Below, piece by piece: positions 1 through 11,424 of a DNA stretch of 64,000 nucleotides; positions within the stretch are counted from its first letter, which is position 1; each line of letters opens with the position of its first letter. The position numbers and the translations under genes are program-made. Source of the stretch: Schmidtea polychroa (Eukaryota); the NCBI GenBank assembly GCA_044892525.1, contig CM097887.1, positions 40,052,001-40,116,000 on the forward strand. The letters are read 5' to 3'. The notes under the pieces were generated by a model. The model was not told where the DNA came from. It ran no database searches and saw only the letters and a list, made by a program, of their open reading frames with translations.

Positions 1-8
1 AAAACTGT

Positions 9-875
9 TTGAGAGTATGTGAGATATGCTGCAGAAGGAAGATAGTGCAGGAGAAGACAAAGGAACGATTGTTGCCGATAATAAGTTCAGAATTTTTAGA
101 ACAGTTGGTCATTGATATAGCACACATGAAGAATGGTGGAGTGTACAAGTATATGCTAGTTATCATTGATCGTTTTAGCAAAATGGTCAGTCTGACCGCA
201 CTGGAGAGACAAGACGAGAGATCGATTTTCAAAGCCATATTGGAGAAGTGGATAAACCATTTCGGAAAACCGCGAAGTTGTCTGTCAGACAGAGGGAAGA
301 ACTTCGATAGTGGTTTTATGAAAACAAATCTAGGAAGACTGGGTATTACGCAACAGTTCAGTTCACCAAATCAGCATCAATCTAACGGTTTAGTTGAGAG
401 AACAATACGGACAGTCAGAGACTTGCTGGCAACATCATTAGCAGGTGGACTAGGAGAGCGAAATTGGGCGGAGTTACTTCCTCGAGTAGAATTTTGTATC
501 AACGTGACACAACAGAGCGCGACGGGATTTTCTCCATTTGAAATTGTTTTTGGGAGGAAGATTAACCTTCATTCAACATTGCCTCAGACGACATTGGATA
601 CAGTTGAGATACATAGATTGGTAAAAGAGAACAGTGAGAAAGCAGCTAAACGAATGAAAGAGATGGAAACAGAGAAGAGAACGAATCGATGTTTCACGGT
701 GGGGGAGAAAGTATTAGTTCGGAAAGAACCACAAAATCGCGACAAAGATGGACTACAGTATGAAGGTCCTTTTGTCATATCAAAGTTTTTGTCAGAACGC
801 CAGGTGGAATTGAGTGACGGGACGACAAAGAAACTCAGACGAATTGAATGGCTTAAGAGATGGGCAGTTCCTTAA
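9..875 (+). CDS. Ty3/Gypsy pol C-terminus (integrase), 5'-truncated by the window edge
   Basis: CxxC end of the zinc finger (CEIC), D,D35E residues (VIDIAH, LSDRG, NGLVER), GPY/F motif (YEGPF), C-terminal RRIEWLK; TAA at 873-875 is followed at once by a PPT. Confidence 0.95.
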   Translation: MRVCEICCRRKIVQEKTKERLLPIISSEFLEQLVIDIAHMKNGGVYKYMLVIIDRFSKMVSLTALERQDERSIFKAILEKWINHFGKPRSCLSDRGKNFDSGFMKTNLGRLGITQQFSSPNQHQSNGLVERTIRTVRDLLATSLAGGLGERNWAELLPRVEFCINVTQQSATGFSPFEIVFGRKINLHSTLPQTTLDTVEIHRLVKENSEKAAKRMKEMETEKRTNRCFTVGEKVLVRKEPQNRDKDGLQYEGPFVISKFLSERQVELSDGTTKKLRRIEWLKRWAVP

Positions 876-997
876 AGAAGGGGAGAGTTATGGAAAGTTG
901 TTTGTTTTAATAATATTCGATTTAGCGTTTTTTTGAAAAATATATTTTAATTGCATTTATTGATTTTATGAATTTAGAAGTTGAAGACATCATAACT
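874..997 (+). mobile_element. Polypurine tract (874-885) plus putative 112-bp 3' LTR (886-997) of Gypsy element A
   Basis: AAAGAAGGGGAG is followed by AGTTATG...CATAACT (7-bp perfect terminal inverted repeat). The right end is inferred from this IR only; an alternative TTACT end lies at 1067. Confidence 0.7.
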
Positions 998-1550
998 ATA
1001 ATAATTATTTAATTTCACTATTCTTTATTATTTTTTCTATTTCTATTTTTAGTAATTAAATATTACTATTTTTAATAAGTAAAATTGAAAAAAAACTAGT
1101 GGTGAAATTGGGAAAGAAAGTTCTTATAATATTTTGTGATGTAAAGTTGAATGGTTTTATGGATACGATACGTGTTCTGGCTGTTATATCAATAGCGAAA
1201 TAAAAATTAATATAAGAATTTTATAAATAATTTATTAGAGTAAAACGTCAAATAGTTGCAAAATTTCATTTAATTTTTAAACATGTGTCTTTGGTTCTAG
1301 GACAAAATGATACCTCCAAAATGGTACTAGGATTAAATGATATAATAATTAGCTTATTTTTTTAAATGTAGTTCGTTAATTATTGCCCAACGCATATAGC
1401 ATTAATTTTGAAGGAATAGATTAATGATTAGAAAAGAAAGTAAGTAAGTTACCTTTATTTACCATAAATGTCTGGTTGTTTCGGTTTTTAGTTTAATAAC
1501 AATAAAAAACAATAGAAAATCTAAACTAGTCAAATAAAAATATATATATA

Positions 1551-3163
1551 CCGTGTTTTGCCGAATAAAAGTCATGACTTGTATTTATTTTTTTGCGTAA
1601 AATTGTTTAAAAATACAAAAAAGACTTGTATTGGGAGTAGTTTTTTTATTCAAAAATAGCCGTTTCGTCGTCCATATCATCTTCAATAATCTGACTGGAT
1701 GCACTGATATCCTGATTACGTAAATTATCAAGTGCAGCTCTGATTTTTTCGCCGTATATTTCATGATTGTAAATTAAAGTTTCACTAAAATTCTGATTGT
1801 ATAATAGATATGATGCGCGTAGCCCATTATTGATAATATTCGTATTAATTTTTCCCCAAGAATGCCGAATCCAACTCTCTACTTCAACCAAAGGCGGTTT
1901 TATGGCATTTCCCTTTGCATTTTCACCATCCTATGTTCAATATAATCGTTTATTTTATCTCTCAAATTCCAATTTAAACGGACTATTTACTGCCACATCC
2001 ATAAGTTGCAAATAACCAGTCATCCCCGACGGAATCATTACTTGATCAATGTTTCTGGTCTGCAAAAATGATTTCATCTGGGTAGCCCGATGCGTAGAGG
2101 CCGAATCCCAAATTAGCAAACCTCTTTTTTGTCCCCTAAGCACCAATGGGAAATTGATTTCAATCCATTTTTTGAGAATGTCCTGGGTGGACCATGCTTT
2201 CTCCGACTCCATTATATTCAAACCATTCGTAACTATAACAGTATCCTTTTTCCCCATAATAATGGCTGTGGGATATATCTTGGTTCCATTTAATCGTACA
2301 CCCAGTATACAAGTTAGCCGGCAACTTTCATAACCTGTGGATGGAACTCTTATTGATGAAGCTCCTCGCATTTCAATGGTTGTCTGCGAACTTTCACCAA
2401 AGAAAATGGCCGTTTCATCCATTGAAATACAAAATTCGGGATCATATTTTGATATATCCAAGCTAAGAATAAAAGCTTTATAAGACAGAGTACGCTCGAC
2501 TATATCATCATCGGACAGTTTGAATAGCGTCGTTGATCGTCTCAATGAGAGGTCATATCGTTTCATAAAGCCAGACAACCACTTCCCAGAGGCGGAGAAA
2601 CTCGATTCGGGATTACTAGAATTTTGTTGTGCCAATCTAAATGCATATTCTTGGATGTCAGAACGCTTTACGACTAAACTTCTAGATCTGCGCTCGATAA
2701 TCCAGTCAAATATGTGTTCCTCAATGTCAGAAATTACCAATTTTCTTCCTCCGCCTTGAGCTCTGGTCTGTCTCTCCGCATTCTTTAGCGATTGGAGATT
2801 CTCTTCCTCTGCTTTCCAACGACGAACAACTCGCAGATCAAGATTTACTTTTGCACAAAACTTTGCAAGGGTCATGCCGGATGTACGGGATTCACTGAGG
2901 ATTCTAAGCTTATAATCTATTGTATAAGCCTTTCTGGAACTCTTCTGTGCGTTCATGGGTTTAAAAATGTCTACTAAATGAATATTGAATCAACGACATT
3001 TAAAAATCATTATAAAAAACAATAATACAATAAAGTAAACGTATAAATGGTGTATGAATTAAAATAGGACTTGTAATAGGAGTAGGGCTTGTAATTATTT
3101 ATTTTTTAAAAAACGAACAATGGGCTTGTATTGGGAGTATGACTTTTATTAGGCAAAACACGG
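1551..3163 (-). mobile_element. pogo-family (DD35D, Passer/POGK-like) DNA transposon
   Basis: 25-bp TIRs CCGTGTTTTGCC(G/T)AATAAAAGTCAT with 1 mismatch, TA flanks on both sides, internal transposase ORF. Confidence 0.93.
1646..2956 (-). pseudogene. pogo transposase (about 436 aa; Brinker-like HTH, CENP-B HTH, DDE_1) broken by two compensating frameshifts
   Basis: Motifs SMDET, IWDSASTH and LQLMD give DD35D spacing. ORFs 1955-2956 and 1646-1891 are in the same frame; the segment between reads LRDKINDYIEHRMVK in a shifted frame. Confidence 0.9.
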
Positions 3164-5389
3164 TATATATATATATATATATATACAATAGATTATAAGC
3201 TTAGAATCCTCAGTGAAAAATTCTTGGGGAAAAATTAATACGAATATTATCAATAATGGGCTACGCGCATCATATCTATTATACAATCAGAATTTTAGTG
3301 AAACTTTAATTTACAATCATGAAATATACGGCGAAAAAATCAGAGCTGCACTTGATAATTTACGTAATCAGGATATCAGTGCATCCAGTCAGATTATTGA
3401 AGATGATATGGACGACGAAACGGCTATTTTTGAATAAAAAAACTACTCCCAATACAAGTCTTTTTTGTATTTTTAAACAATTTTACGCAAAAAAATAAAT
3501 ACAAGTCATGACTTTTATTCGGCAAAACACGGTATATATATATTTTTATTTGACTAGTTTAGATTTTCTATTGTTTTTTATTGTTATTAAACTAAAAACC
3601 GAAACAACCAGACATTTATGGTAAATAAAGGTAACTTACTTACTTTCTTTTCTAATCATTAATCTATTCCTTCAAAATTAATGCTATATGCGTTGGGCAA
3701 TAATTAACGAACTACATTTAAAAAAATAGGCTAATTATTATATCATTTAATCCTAGTACCATTTTGGAGGTATCATTTTGTCCTAGAACCAAAGACACAT
3801 GTTTAAAAATTAAATGAAATTTTGCAACTATTTGACGTTTTACTCTAATAAATTATTTATAAAATTCTTATATTAATTTTTATTTCGCTATTGATATAAC
3901 AGCCAGAACACGTATCGTATCCATAAAACCATTCAACTTTACATCACATTATTTTCATAATTTTATTCGCGTTTCTGACAAGGATGAATAAAATTTATAT
4001 TGTTAATTTTATTATTATAATTAAATATTATTTTAAATGTACATTCTTTGCACATTAGAACTTCATCAGTGCACTACCATTTACAAAATCATATCTAATT
4101 TCTAGACCTTTTGTGACAAGAACTTGAACAATTAGACTTAGATAGGGTTTAAGTATATCAACTGCTTCTCTCATTAAATCAATTGTATCTTTATGGTATT
4201 CATAAGTTCCATGACTTAGATTCAAATGAAAAACATTTATTCTAACAGAAATTATTTTGTGAATGTGAGGTGTTTTCAGCTGAGAATTAAATATTTCAAT
4301 GATTTATTAAGATAATTTTAAAAGATAAATAATGGACTATTAAAATAATTTTTAAATAAATATATTTTAAATATCGAAATTTTAATAAATAGTTTTGAAA
4401 ATATTTTATTCAACGCTGAAAATTTGTTTGAAAATTATACAATATTTTATTAAATAAATACTTGAAATTATGACGTTATCTTTTGAACCGGATTTAAAAA
4501 ATAATTTAGAAGATGTTTTAGCAGCTTCTAATAGTGAAGAACTGTAACGGATTTACATGCACGCCGAATTACACAAATGATTCCAGCAACTCGATCATCT
4601 TGGAAATTCAACTTCAGCATTTGATCAAATTTGATCATTGCCCTTGATTCTGTATAAAGCATTTATTGGTTCAAAATATTTCGATCCATTTAACTTCATT
4701 TCAATAAAATAATAACTTTTCAGGAATTTTGATAACATCAACTAAAATAAATTAAATTCTAAATATTTATTAATTACTTCAAAACTTCGCACACTGCAAC
4801 CAAAATAAAACCAAAATACCACATTTAAACAAATAAATTCTAATAAAACAATTATCACATGAAATCAAACACCGTTAAACTACTGATTTACTATGATTTT
4901 ATTAATTAAAAATTGCAATTAAATACAACAAAATATTCATTTGACAAAAGATTAGTAAATAATCACGAAACTCTCCAAATTAATAAAAACATGAAAACAC
5001 ATTTGTTTTTAATTATCCAAAATTAAGTTTATATTAAAAATGAACGAGCCGTTATGTCTGTAAAAAAGCTGCTAGGCTCTTGCTAAATTCAAATATATCT
5101 AATTTCCAGATTGTCTATAAATCCAATAAACAGAGATAAATTAGAGAAAATTTAGAGGTTATAAATTTTTTTGGAAATTATTTAACTTTACTCTTCATAT
5201 TTTTCTATGGACATTTCTATGATTTTGTACTAAGAACATTTTGAGCATATTGCAATTTTTATTTGTCACATTTATTGACAATTATTACTTCGACCCGACA
5301 AATAATACAATATGTGATAATGTAATACAGTAAGGCGACGCTCTAGTATAGGGGGGGGGGCAATATAAATATAAATAAAAATTAATTAG

Positions 5390-5859
5390 TCAATATACAA
5401 AACAACGACCAATTGTGTTTTTTATATAACATACTTACTGTAGGCGACGCTCTAGTATAGGGGGGCAATATAAATATAAATAAAAATTAATTATATTTAT
5501 TTTCGTTTATGGCTTTCGAGACAAAATTATGACGAAGAAGATATTTTGGAAATCTTCTGGCGTTTAGTGGCTTATTTCTACCCGGTTTAAATAAAGACTG
5601 AGTAGTAAGTATAATATACTGTATATTATTGAACATTGAATTATATTCTGTGTTATTTTATAGCATCTTATAATACTATATGTTTATAATATAATATGTT
5701 AGAATGTATTATATTTTATTAAATTACATATATTATTTTATATTTTATAATCAATTAATTAATTTTTATTTATATTTATATTGCCGCCCTATACTAGAGC
5801 GTCGCATACAGTAAGTATGTTATATATAAAACACAATTGGTCGTTGTTTTGTATATTGA
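5390..5859. mobile_element. Foldback/MITE-like element with about 104-bp inverted arms (5390-5493 / 5756-5859) and an extra partial arm copy at 5328-5388
   Basis: The motif GGCGACGCTCTAGTATAGGG occurs twice forward (5334, 5443) and once inverted with one mismatch (about 5787-5806); no coding capacity. Confidence 0.75.
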
Positions 5860-6385
5860 ATAAAGCTGGGCAATAGTTCAGATATTGTGTCGTTTTCTTG
5901 TAACTCGAATCAATAAAAATAACTTCTTTATATAATAATGTTAAAAAATATACCAATGCATGTAATTCATTTGATACTTTTGTTAGAATCATTACAACCA
6001 CCAATATTTGATGGATTATTTGCCCACTACATTGCTGAGTGTATTTATCCAACCTTGTAAATTTACAATTCTATATCCAACAAACGAAGAAAACATTTTC
6101 ACTGCTTTATTTGACAACTACCAACACTTGACTTCCCAATCTTGTTTTTGGTAAACTCAGCACTAAATCCGAATTGAACTTCAACAGCTATAATTCGTTC
6201 AATAAAAGCATCAATGAGGCTTTAAAAATAGGCTCTAATAAATTTAGAATAATTAAACACATTCAAAATCTTACTTGTAACATATTTATCAACCTGTCTA
6301 AGGTCATTATTATGTATTTTCCTACAAAAATCAGGAACTTCTTTTGGACAACCACTGTGTACAAGATCTGTAGTTCTCGTGCAAC

Positions 6386-8330
6386 CAGTGCTGGTCTAGC
6401 TTACCGGAATACCGGGAATATCCCGATGGGCCTACTGGCCCACAAATATTGTCAAGTTTTTTATTTTTTGTTAATGAAATGAAATTAAATTTTTACAATT
6501 TCGACAAATACTCAAATACTCGAAAGAATAATTGAAACAATAAAATTAATTGGTAAACAAGCACTTAGTTATCGCAGTTTAAATGAATCTGCATTTAATT
6601 TGATAGACGAAAATTTAGACTATGGCAATATTCTGGAATAACTTTTATTAATAAGTAAATTTGATATCTTATTAAAAACCCACATAGAAGAATGTGTTAA
6701 AAAGAGTAAAAATCGCCATGAAAAATTTGGTACCAACAAAGGAATGGGTAATCTCGTAAAATTATTATCTGAAACTAAAACTAATTCTGTTATTAATGCT
6801 ATTAATTTTCTAATGAAAGAAATTTTCTCAAACGAAATAAATAAAGCTGAAATATACAGTATTCAATTAGACACCACCCAAGATATTAACGTAGAAGATC
6901 AATGTTAAGTTATTATAAGATACTCTAAAGAGGATCGTGTTTATGAACGATTAATAGCTGTTGGTAATTGACATCAACAACTGGAGAAAATATCTGTAAC
7001 CTAATATGCGAAATTTTAAAAAAATATGAAAATTGATAATAATAAATGTATTGGTAATTGTACTGCTGGTGCAGCGAACATGCAAGGTACATATCAATGT
7101 TTTAATGCATAGTTAAATCTAATTTCACCAAATGAAGTTCATACTTGGTGATTAATTGTCGATGCTCGCGTCTGTGTGCGCTTTGTGCTGGTTTTGGAGG
7201 CTTTGTGTGCGCACACATACGCGGGGAATGGTAAATTATGAAGTTAATTCGCGTCTGTGTGCGCTTTTTACTTTCTTTGTATTTGGGTTGTGTGCGCACA
7301 GACGCGTAAAATTGTCGCATTATTAGTTTATCTCGCGTCTGTGTGCGCCTCTTGCTTGGTTGATTTGGATTGTGTGCGCACACAGACGCGGAAAAGTGAG
7401 AAGATTATGTTTCAGTTTTGTTGGATCGATCTCAGAGTTTTTTGATGAATGGAGTTTTGATTGTATCGAGATTTTTTATGGTATCGATTTTTTAGAGTTT
7501 GGAGTTATGTTTTCTGGAATTGTGGTTTTAAAGAACTGATTTATAATTTTGATTTGAATTTTTGGCCTTAGCGAAATATGGAAGATAATGAATGTTTGAT
7601 ATGTATTTCAATGAGCAATATGGCGAAGAGATGTCTTTTCAGCAGTGGAACTTGTCCATGTGATCGTGGCTCAACAAGATCGTTGCAAATTATTAATGGA
7701 AGTTTTTCAAAACGATTGGAAATCAACGATTTAATTTCTGTAAATCATGAAATGACAGAAGAGGAACTCCAAGAGATGTTTATGAAATTTCCCCAAGCGA
7801 TAAAAAGATAAACTTGTTAACTTATGGTAATGATATTCTATTCAATCGAGCCCTTAAAAAGATCAATACAACTCCAATGTTAATTAGCCGAAGTGTTGAA
7901 CAATTATCCAATGTTTCAAATTCAATCATGGCTCAATCTCAAGTTATTGGACACGATAAATGGTTTTGTACAAATAAAGCGTGTGATATTAATTACAATG
8001 AAATTCTTCTGATGTGTCTTAGAATTAAACACTTGGTGTTATGCATATTTATTAAATTTAGTTATTAAAGATATCACACAAAAGACAAAAGAAGCAATCT
8101 CACTATTTGGTATCTTAAATACATGTGTGGATTTTTTAAAAGAATCTTATAAACGACTCAAATTATAGCTAGAATTAAATAAATTCAAATTTGTTTCTCC
8201 TATTGGAAAAGCATATCGGTGAGCTAAAGATAAGACATTAAGGAAAATGTTTGGTACCTTTAATAATATATCTGGAATTATATTTTTCGTCGATGTTCTA
8301 CAGACCTTCTATGAAATTTCTATATCCAAG
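6386..8330 (+). pseudogene. Decayed hAT transposase (ZMYM1/DUF4371-like), split by an insertion
   Basis: Manual translation gives IETIKLIGKQALSYR, YSIQLDTTQD, CIGNCTAGAANMQG and, after removing 7151-8030, EVHTWCYAYLLNLV; several stops and frameshifts. A possible left end CAGTGCTGG starts at 6386. Confidence 0.85.
7151..8030 (+). mobile_element. Unclassified 880-bp insertion with 8-bp TSD ACTTGGTG, three tandem hairpin units and a Cys-rich ORF fragment
   Basis: TSD at 7143-7150 and 8031-8038; excision restores the hAT reading frame exactly. Repeat units start at 7167, 7250 and 7334. ORFs 7578-7811 and 7814-8030. Confidence 0.8.
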
Positions 8331-8689
8331 GGTGAAAAGGATAAATGTAGATTATGTAACTATTATAACAATCGCTAAATAATGGCATTGATTTAAATCT
8401 AACGAAAAGCACCAAATCCAATATATATATATATTTTACTACAATCTATTTCGACAGAATCACTGTCGTCTTCAGGTAGAATTGAAATCAAACTAAATCA
8501 ATATATATTGCTCTTTTTTAAACAAACTAATTAACTAATTCATTAATTTTTTTAAATTAATTTCGCTAAAATTTTTATGTTTTTTATATTCAAACTTTAA
8601 AAATTATAAAACTTTTAAAACTCACAAAAGTTGAAATCAAACAAGATTCTAAAAATTTTCCACAAAATTGTGTTTACTAATATTAATCA

Positions 8690-9060
8690 ATTGCTTTAGT
8701 CGATAGTGATCAGGAACTTGAAAACGGAGATGATGGACAGTCATTTCAATGTATGTGGCATTGCACCCTTGACATAAATATTCATAACCAAGATCCAAAA
8801 ACCATCTAAGTAAGAATTGAAATCCACTAATAAACACGAAGTTAAAAAACAGGAATTAGATACCACCTTCCAACGTTGAAATATAAACCTAAACAAAAAA
8901 CTGTGCTTGCTGATATAAATCAATTCCCTCAGTCGACAGTTATCCAGAACTTGAGAACGGAGATAACGGGCAGTCATTCCAATGTATGCGGCATTGCACC
9001 CATGACATATATATTCAAAACCAAGATCTGAACACAATCTAAGCAAGAACCGAAATAGAC
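8690..9060 (-). pseudogene. Two tandem decayed GIY-YIG endonuclease fragments of a Penelope-like element
   Basis: FEYICHGCNAAYIGMTARYLR and YEYLCQGCNATYIEMTVHHLR fit the PLE pattern Y-x2-C-x2-C-x3-YIG-x-T-x-R-x-L; the DNA direct repeat is about 135 bp with a period of about 232 bp. Confidence 0.65.
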
Positions 9061-10479
9061 CAACTTCACAATTTATATTATACATATCCAATCCAATCAT
9101 TGATAGTTTTTCTTTCATTTTCTTTCATCAATTCCAAAGTCCTTCTATTGAGTATCGGAAAAACAAAGAGTAACTTTCAAATTTATTATAACAATCGCTA
9201 AATATAATATTGATTGTTTTGTTTCAAGGATACTGATATTCATGTATGATGCAATACTAGACATGAAAGTAATTGTTGCACTATGTAAGGTATTAATTAA
9301 CGAATTATAAGTGTAAATTGCAAGTGTAAATAAAATACAAGACATTTATTTTGAGGCAAAGAATGGATAGTGTTTTGAAACTGGAATACTAAACTTTTCC
9401 CAATAATATTTAAAATATTACTTTAGGGGTTTGACTTAGAGATGATTTTTAAGATGTTTTTTCAGAAGGCGTACTTTTTACGTTTTGTTGAATGACTAAT
9501 TTAATGACTGAGATCAAATATTGTGAATATATCTTTTTGTTGACCTTTAAGTGCTTACTATTCAAAAAAGATATATGCATTTAATATTTCATTCATTCAA
9601 GTTTCTGTATTCAATGATACAATATTTCAGTAAATCAAAAGATGAAGTCAACAAAATCATCACTATTAAAACGCACAATGTTATGTAGAACTGGGAAGTG
9701 AACGACCCAAACAAAACGAAACACCCCTGAAAATACAGTATATTTTGTTGGATAATTTATAAATGAAAACCAAAAAAGGAAAAAGAAAGATCAGCTAAAT
9801 TTCGTATTTGAATGAACAGAACCTATATTAAGTGGAAAATTTTCTATTAATTAAAACTTCGAATATTACTTATCTTTATAATTGAATCAGGGTTTTAAAT
9901 ATAAACTAGTGAATCAAGCCCATTCATGACGGTCTTAAATAACTCATAAAATATATATTTAGATTTTGAATTTACTAACAAAGATTTAAAAAAAATGAAT
10001 TAGCAATGAATTTACTTTTTAAACAATTTAACTTATTTTATTAATCAGGCATTGATTTGTGCTGTGATACATACACCCACAGAAACACAGTCACGCTATA
10101 TATGTATACACCAAACACCAACAAGATACATTCTCTATAATGGTGGTTGGCGTGTAAAGCAATTCACAGAAAATTCAAACATTTCAGGTCAGTTCATTGT
10201 ATTTTATGTTACATCAAACATTATACAAAACTGATGGAATTTCAGTATTTTGAAAAATATTTTTCTGTGTTATATATGTGTACAATTTACATACATATTT
10301 CTACTTTATTTTTCTACAAGATTTTAATGGTGTCAAATATGCTTCTGTATGATGTTTTAATTCCAAAAGCATAATAAGTTAAAGTGTGTAGTTCGTCGTA
10401 GTGTATAATAATTTATTATTTATAATTCTTTGCTGTTATTTAATTAATTATATTCAATTAATTTTAATCAGTTGGTAAA

Positions 10480-11182
10480 TCAAAATTTCTGAATCCTTGG
10501 CTTTCGACATTCTCGACTCATATGACCCACCTCATGACAATTCCAACATGTAATAACTGGTCTGCTTCTAACCGGCATTTCTCTTTGTTGGAATTTGTTC
10601 TGGAAATTATCGGCTTTCATCCTCGGTGTTGAATCATTTCTTTGTTCGCTCAGTTGTGAATTTCTGTTTTGGTTCTATCTATCGACAAATCCTTTTCTTG
10701 TCTTGACAATACTCGCAAACGTTTCCTTCCTTCTATTTAGAACTGAGATTCCGGATACCTCAATGTTTATATCATCGATATTCTCTATCACTCTTTTTAT
10801 TTCATCGACGCTCATCGCATCTCTCATTTTTATTTCTTTCTGTGTATCCTTGTCTTTGATACAATGAACCAAAAAATATGACTTTAATTCTTTCTTGTCC
10901 AATTTATGCTTCCGAACTTGGTCAACCATCTTTCCTATTTTTAAAAAATACTGGGGCAGTATCCTCGTTCTTTTTATATTTGTAGAGGGTTAGAAAAAAA
11001 AGCCTCTTTAGTCTGTCTTCAAAACAAGTTTCATTTGCTTCATAAATTGAAAACAACTCTCTTGCGATCAAACATTTGATCATCATACTTTGACTGGATT
11101 GTTCTAGTCCACATAATTGGAAATACCTCTTGCATTCTGCAATAAAAACTTCGTAAATATCTGGGATCATTTTATTGATCAT
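10480..11182 (-). pseudogene. Ty3/Gypsy gag with C-terminal CCHC zinc knuckle
   Basis: CWNCHEVGHMSREC at 10548-10507; one frameshift (about 10925-10990) and one in-frame TAG (10675-10677); the ATG lies 5 nt after a PBS. Confidence 0.85.
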
Positions 11183-11187
11183 TCAAA

Positions 11188-11353
11188 GGGTCGCCAAGTT
11201 AATAATTGAAGTCTAATTGCCTAAAGATATTAAAATACAAATTGATTACCTAAAACTGATATTATTCAAACAACCGATTTAAATGGAGAATTAATTAATT
11301 TAATAATAATGATAATTATGCGTGCGAGCATTTATACTTATTATACTTTTACT
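11188..11353 (-). mobile_element. Primer-binding site (TGGCGACCC, 11196-11188) directly abutting a 5' LTR that ends in TTAACT
   Basis: Minus strand reads ...ATTATTAACT|TGGCGACCCTTTGAATG. The far LTR end is uncertain (candidate AGTAA at 11353). Confidence 0.7.
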
Positions 11354-11424
11354 ATATAATAGTATTTGATACTTATAATACAATATATATTTTATTTGTA
11401 AATTAGTTATGTAATTATCCCTAA

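Larger units (their letters stand above)
1135..3948. repeat. 729-bp inverted duplication (arms 1135-1863 and 3220-3948)
   Basis: Arms are colinear without indels (paired coordinates sum to 5083); one substitution noticed by eye. Each arm holds the pogo 3' end, its TIR and about 415 bp of flank. Confidence 0.95.

Noticed and set aside
1061-1135. Similarity to 30890-30950 (dispersed repeat)
   Set aside because: Short, AT-rich and diverged; cannot be supported without alignment statistics.
4050-4085. CTGATGA on the minus strand after an ORF-like stretch faintly resembling a Penelope C-terminus
   Set aside because: No stem II or GAAA follows; the protein similarity is too weak to call.
7167-7390. 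CRISPR array
   Set aside because: Eukaryotic context, no cas genes, and units are inverted-repeat pairs rather than direct repeats with spacers.
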